Source of the DNA: Candidatus Woesearchaeota archaeon
GTDB taxonomy: Archaea > Nanobdellota > Nanobdellia > SCGC-AAA011-G17 > PNOQ01
NCBI GenBank assembly: GCA_043812195.1
Contig: JBDRML010000003.1
Span: 1 to 18,401 of the forward strand
DNA length: 18,401 nt
Direction of reading: 5' to 3'
Positions within the stretch are counted from its first letter, which is position 1. Each line of letters opens with the position of its first letter. The notes under the pieces are model-generated. The model ran no database searches and was not told where the DNA came from. It saw nothing but the letters and a program-made list of their open reading frames with translations. Positions 16,945 through 18,401 of this stretch are shown here, in pieces. Both the position numbers and the translations under genes were made by a program.

Positions 16945-17194
16945 CATCATCGCCTCCCTCATTTGTTAAAAATAACTCCCTTTGCATCTCATGTAAAATT
17001 GAAATAATTTTAGGTAAGTCCTGTCTTCTAAAATTCAAAGATTCATCTCTCCACACATCACCTTCTTTTTTCCAGCTTCTTCTCAAGCTAGCAGTTTTGA
17101 AACCTACAACTGTTCCATTAACTTCTTTTTCATTGTTCCAAATAACACCAGATATATTGCCACTCCTCCATTTTTTAATAGGTAAATTTTTCAT
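16937..17194 (-). CDS. Small (85 aa) protein, possibly PC4/Whirly-like nucleic-acid binding, acidic tail
   Basis: MKNLPIKKWRSGNISGVIWNNEK...FKTASLRRSWKKEGDVWRDESLNFRRQDLPKIISILHEMQRELFLTNEGGDDDE. Strong RBS GGAGGT (17207-17202) fixes the start at 17194; the stop overlaps the radA start. Confidence 0.85.
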   Translation of the reverse strand: MKNLPIKKWRSGNISGVIWNNEKEVNGTVVGFKTASLRRSWKKEGDVWRDESLNFRRQDLPKIISILHEMQRELFLTNEGGDDDE

Positions 17195-17203
17195 TTTAAC
17201 TAC

Positions 17204-17290
17204 CTCCATTTCCTTTCGGATTTTTTTCAAGAGCCATTCTAAGAAATAATACACTCCGTCTTCATTTGCTTTCGCATCTTATTTCAAGAG
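17204..17290 (-). repeat. Two imperfect 30/31-nt direct repeats in the 5' leader
   Basis: Minus strand: CTCTTGAAATAAGA-TGCGAAAGCA-AATGAAG (17290-17260) vs CTCTTGAAAAAAA-TCCGAAAGGA-AATGGAG (17233-17204); 26 of 31 aligned positions identical. Confidence 0.85.
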
Positions 17291-17319
17291 GAGGCTCAAA
17301 AAAGGTATATTCAGCCACC

Positions 17320-17337
17320 TTTATAAACACTTTTCTG
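17320..17337 (-). promoter_or_regulatory. BRE-TATA promoter of the small-protein/radA operon
   Basis: Minus strand CCAGAAAAGTG-TTTATAAA (TATA 17327-17320) predicts a transcription start near G at 17297. Confidence 0.65.
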
Positions 17338-17380
17338 GTGGTTGTCAACCTTGTCGACCTTTGTATAAACTTAAAAGTAA

Positions 17381-17932
17381 TTACTCTAAACCAAACTCAT
17401 AAACCCCAGAAATGGCAGGAACTTTCTCTAATATACTATTTCCAAACACAATATCAAATTCATAGTCTTCAAAATTAGCATTACGTATATGAAAATATCT
17501 CAATACCAATAATCCAGATTCCATTCTAAATGTAAATTGATCATTAAAATACTCATGTTCAGACCGATCCTCTATTTTTTTTAAATACTCAATAACCACC
17601 CTTTCAGAGTTCCATTTTCTTTTAACAAGTTCAGAAAAATAATCTTCAGATGCTAATTGTGTTGAAATTTTAGCTTTGCTTATTGGCATATCGCCTGGAA
17701 CCCATACTAATCTTAAAAATCTATCATCATTTTTAGCACCTTCTAAAAGAGAAGAAATATCATCATAAACAACATGATTCAAAATTCTAAAATATCTCTT
17801 TGAAACAGGGCAATAGCGCTCAGAACCTGACATCCTACTAAATTTACAAGGATCGGGTTCTCTGTCACATTTTACAGAAATTTCATTATAATTTTCAAAA
17901 CTAATTTCTTCTAATCTAAACTGCCTCTGCAT
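17381..17932 (-). CDS. Hypothetical protein (~183 aa)
   Basis: Long ORF with no recognised motif; TTTATAAA about 21 nt upstream of ATG 17932 (MQRQFRLEE) suggests a leaderless start. Confidence 0.7.
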   Translation of the reverse strand: MQRQFRLEEISFENYNEISVKCDREPDPCKFSRMSGSERYCPVSKRYFRILNHVVYDDISSLLEGAKNDDRFLRLVWVPGDMPISKAKISTQLASEDYFSELVKRKWNSERVVIEYLKKIEDRSEHEYFNDQFTFRMESGLLVLRYFHIRNANFEDYEFDIVFGNSILEKVPAISGVYEFGLE

Positions 17933-17976
17933 AACAAAGATAATGTACAATGATTTATAAAACATTCATATCAACA

Positions 17977-18216
17977 TTAAAACAAACACTCTTCTAATGA
18001 AACCACCGGAACACATATATGGCTATCTATAATTTTTTCAGAAAACTCACTTTCAAATTGTTTTGTGCCTTTTTCAACAGCAGCATCAAAATTTTTTTCA
18101 AGAACATAATAGCGCTTTTGATGAAGTTCAGCAATAGCAGGATCAACCCCAGAATAACGATAAATTATAAAAAGATTAAAGACTTTATAATCTCTAATAT
18201 CTTCTTTAGTTACCAT
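17977..18216 (-). CDS. Hypothetical protein (~79 aa)
   Basis: ORF from ATG 18216 (MVTKEDIRDY); TATATAAA about 22 nt upstream. Confidence 0.6.
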   Translation of the reverse strand: MVTKEDIRDYKVFNLFIIYRYSGVDPAIAELHQKRYYVLEKNFDAAVEKGTKQFESEFSEKIIDSHICVPVVSLEECLF

Positions 18217-18260
18217 TTGCAAAGGTAGTCTAATATTATTTATATAGTTTTTTGTTTAAA

Positions 18261-18357
18261 CAGGGTCTCCGCAAGGAGATAAATATTTTGCTTTTTTTAA
18301 TATTCAAATCCAGCACTTCAATTAGTAAGACCCTGCGGTTCTTACCAACTCCCTTGG
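18261..18357. other. Non-coding tract with several inverted repeats (possible structured RNA or element end)
   Basis: TCTCC-GCAA-GGAGA (18266-18279); CAGGGTCT/AGACCCTG (18261-18268 with 18328-18335); GTAAGA-CC-CTGC-GG-T-TCTTAC (18325-18345). Confidence 0.45.
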
Positions 18358-18401
18358 AAAACAAATAGAAAATAATCATATATTAATGTATTTTATATTT
18401 G

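Noticed and set aside
17204-17290. Mini-CRISPR array (30-nt repeats containing TTGAAA)
   Set aside because: Only two degenerate copies with a 26-nt spacer, no cas genes, and one copy contains the RBS; better explained as a leader element.
615-18228. Other short ORF-track entries (615, 1763, 3558, 3882, 4055, 4335, 4471, 5025, 6437, 9392, 10671, 11432, 14005, 17266, 18019)
   Set aside because: All lie antisense or out of frame to well-supported genes or regulatory regions and show no protein-like motifs.
12562-18401. Integrated element at the tRNA-Arg 3' end
   Set aside because: No integrase and no duplicated tRNA end seen; the downstream genes include core radA.

Overview
AT-rich, gene-dense archaeal chromosome segment. 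The gene families and mostly leaderless TATA promoters suggest a DPANN archaeon (Woesearchaeota/Nanoarchaeota-like; this is inference). From left to right it holds: two membrane or secreted proteins and a wHTH-type hypothetical; tRNA-intron endonuclease (endA) divergent from RNase Z, which has an in-frame TGA; the gins15-rpl44e-rps27e-aIF2alpha-nop10 cluster; and an EndoQ-family nuclease. Next is a four-gene surface-protein cluster (two lipoproteins and a membrane-anchored paralogue, plus a class III signal peptide protein) divergent from an A24 prepilin peptidase. Then come aEF-1beta with its Zn-ribbon partner, tRNA-Arg(GCG), a CxxC-x17-CxxC protein, and radA with two full-length LAGLIDADG inteins. 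radA is translationally coupled to a small PC4-like protein, which is preceded by a ~100-nt leader with tandem covarying GAAA-hairpin repeats and mutually exclusive folds over the RBS. Two hypotheticals and a second structured non-coding tract end the window. The best candidates for undescribed systems are the structured leader/small protein/radA unit and the surface-protein/prepilin peptidase locus. All calls were made by eye, with no database search.
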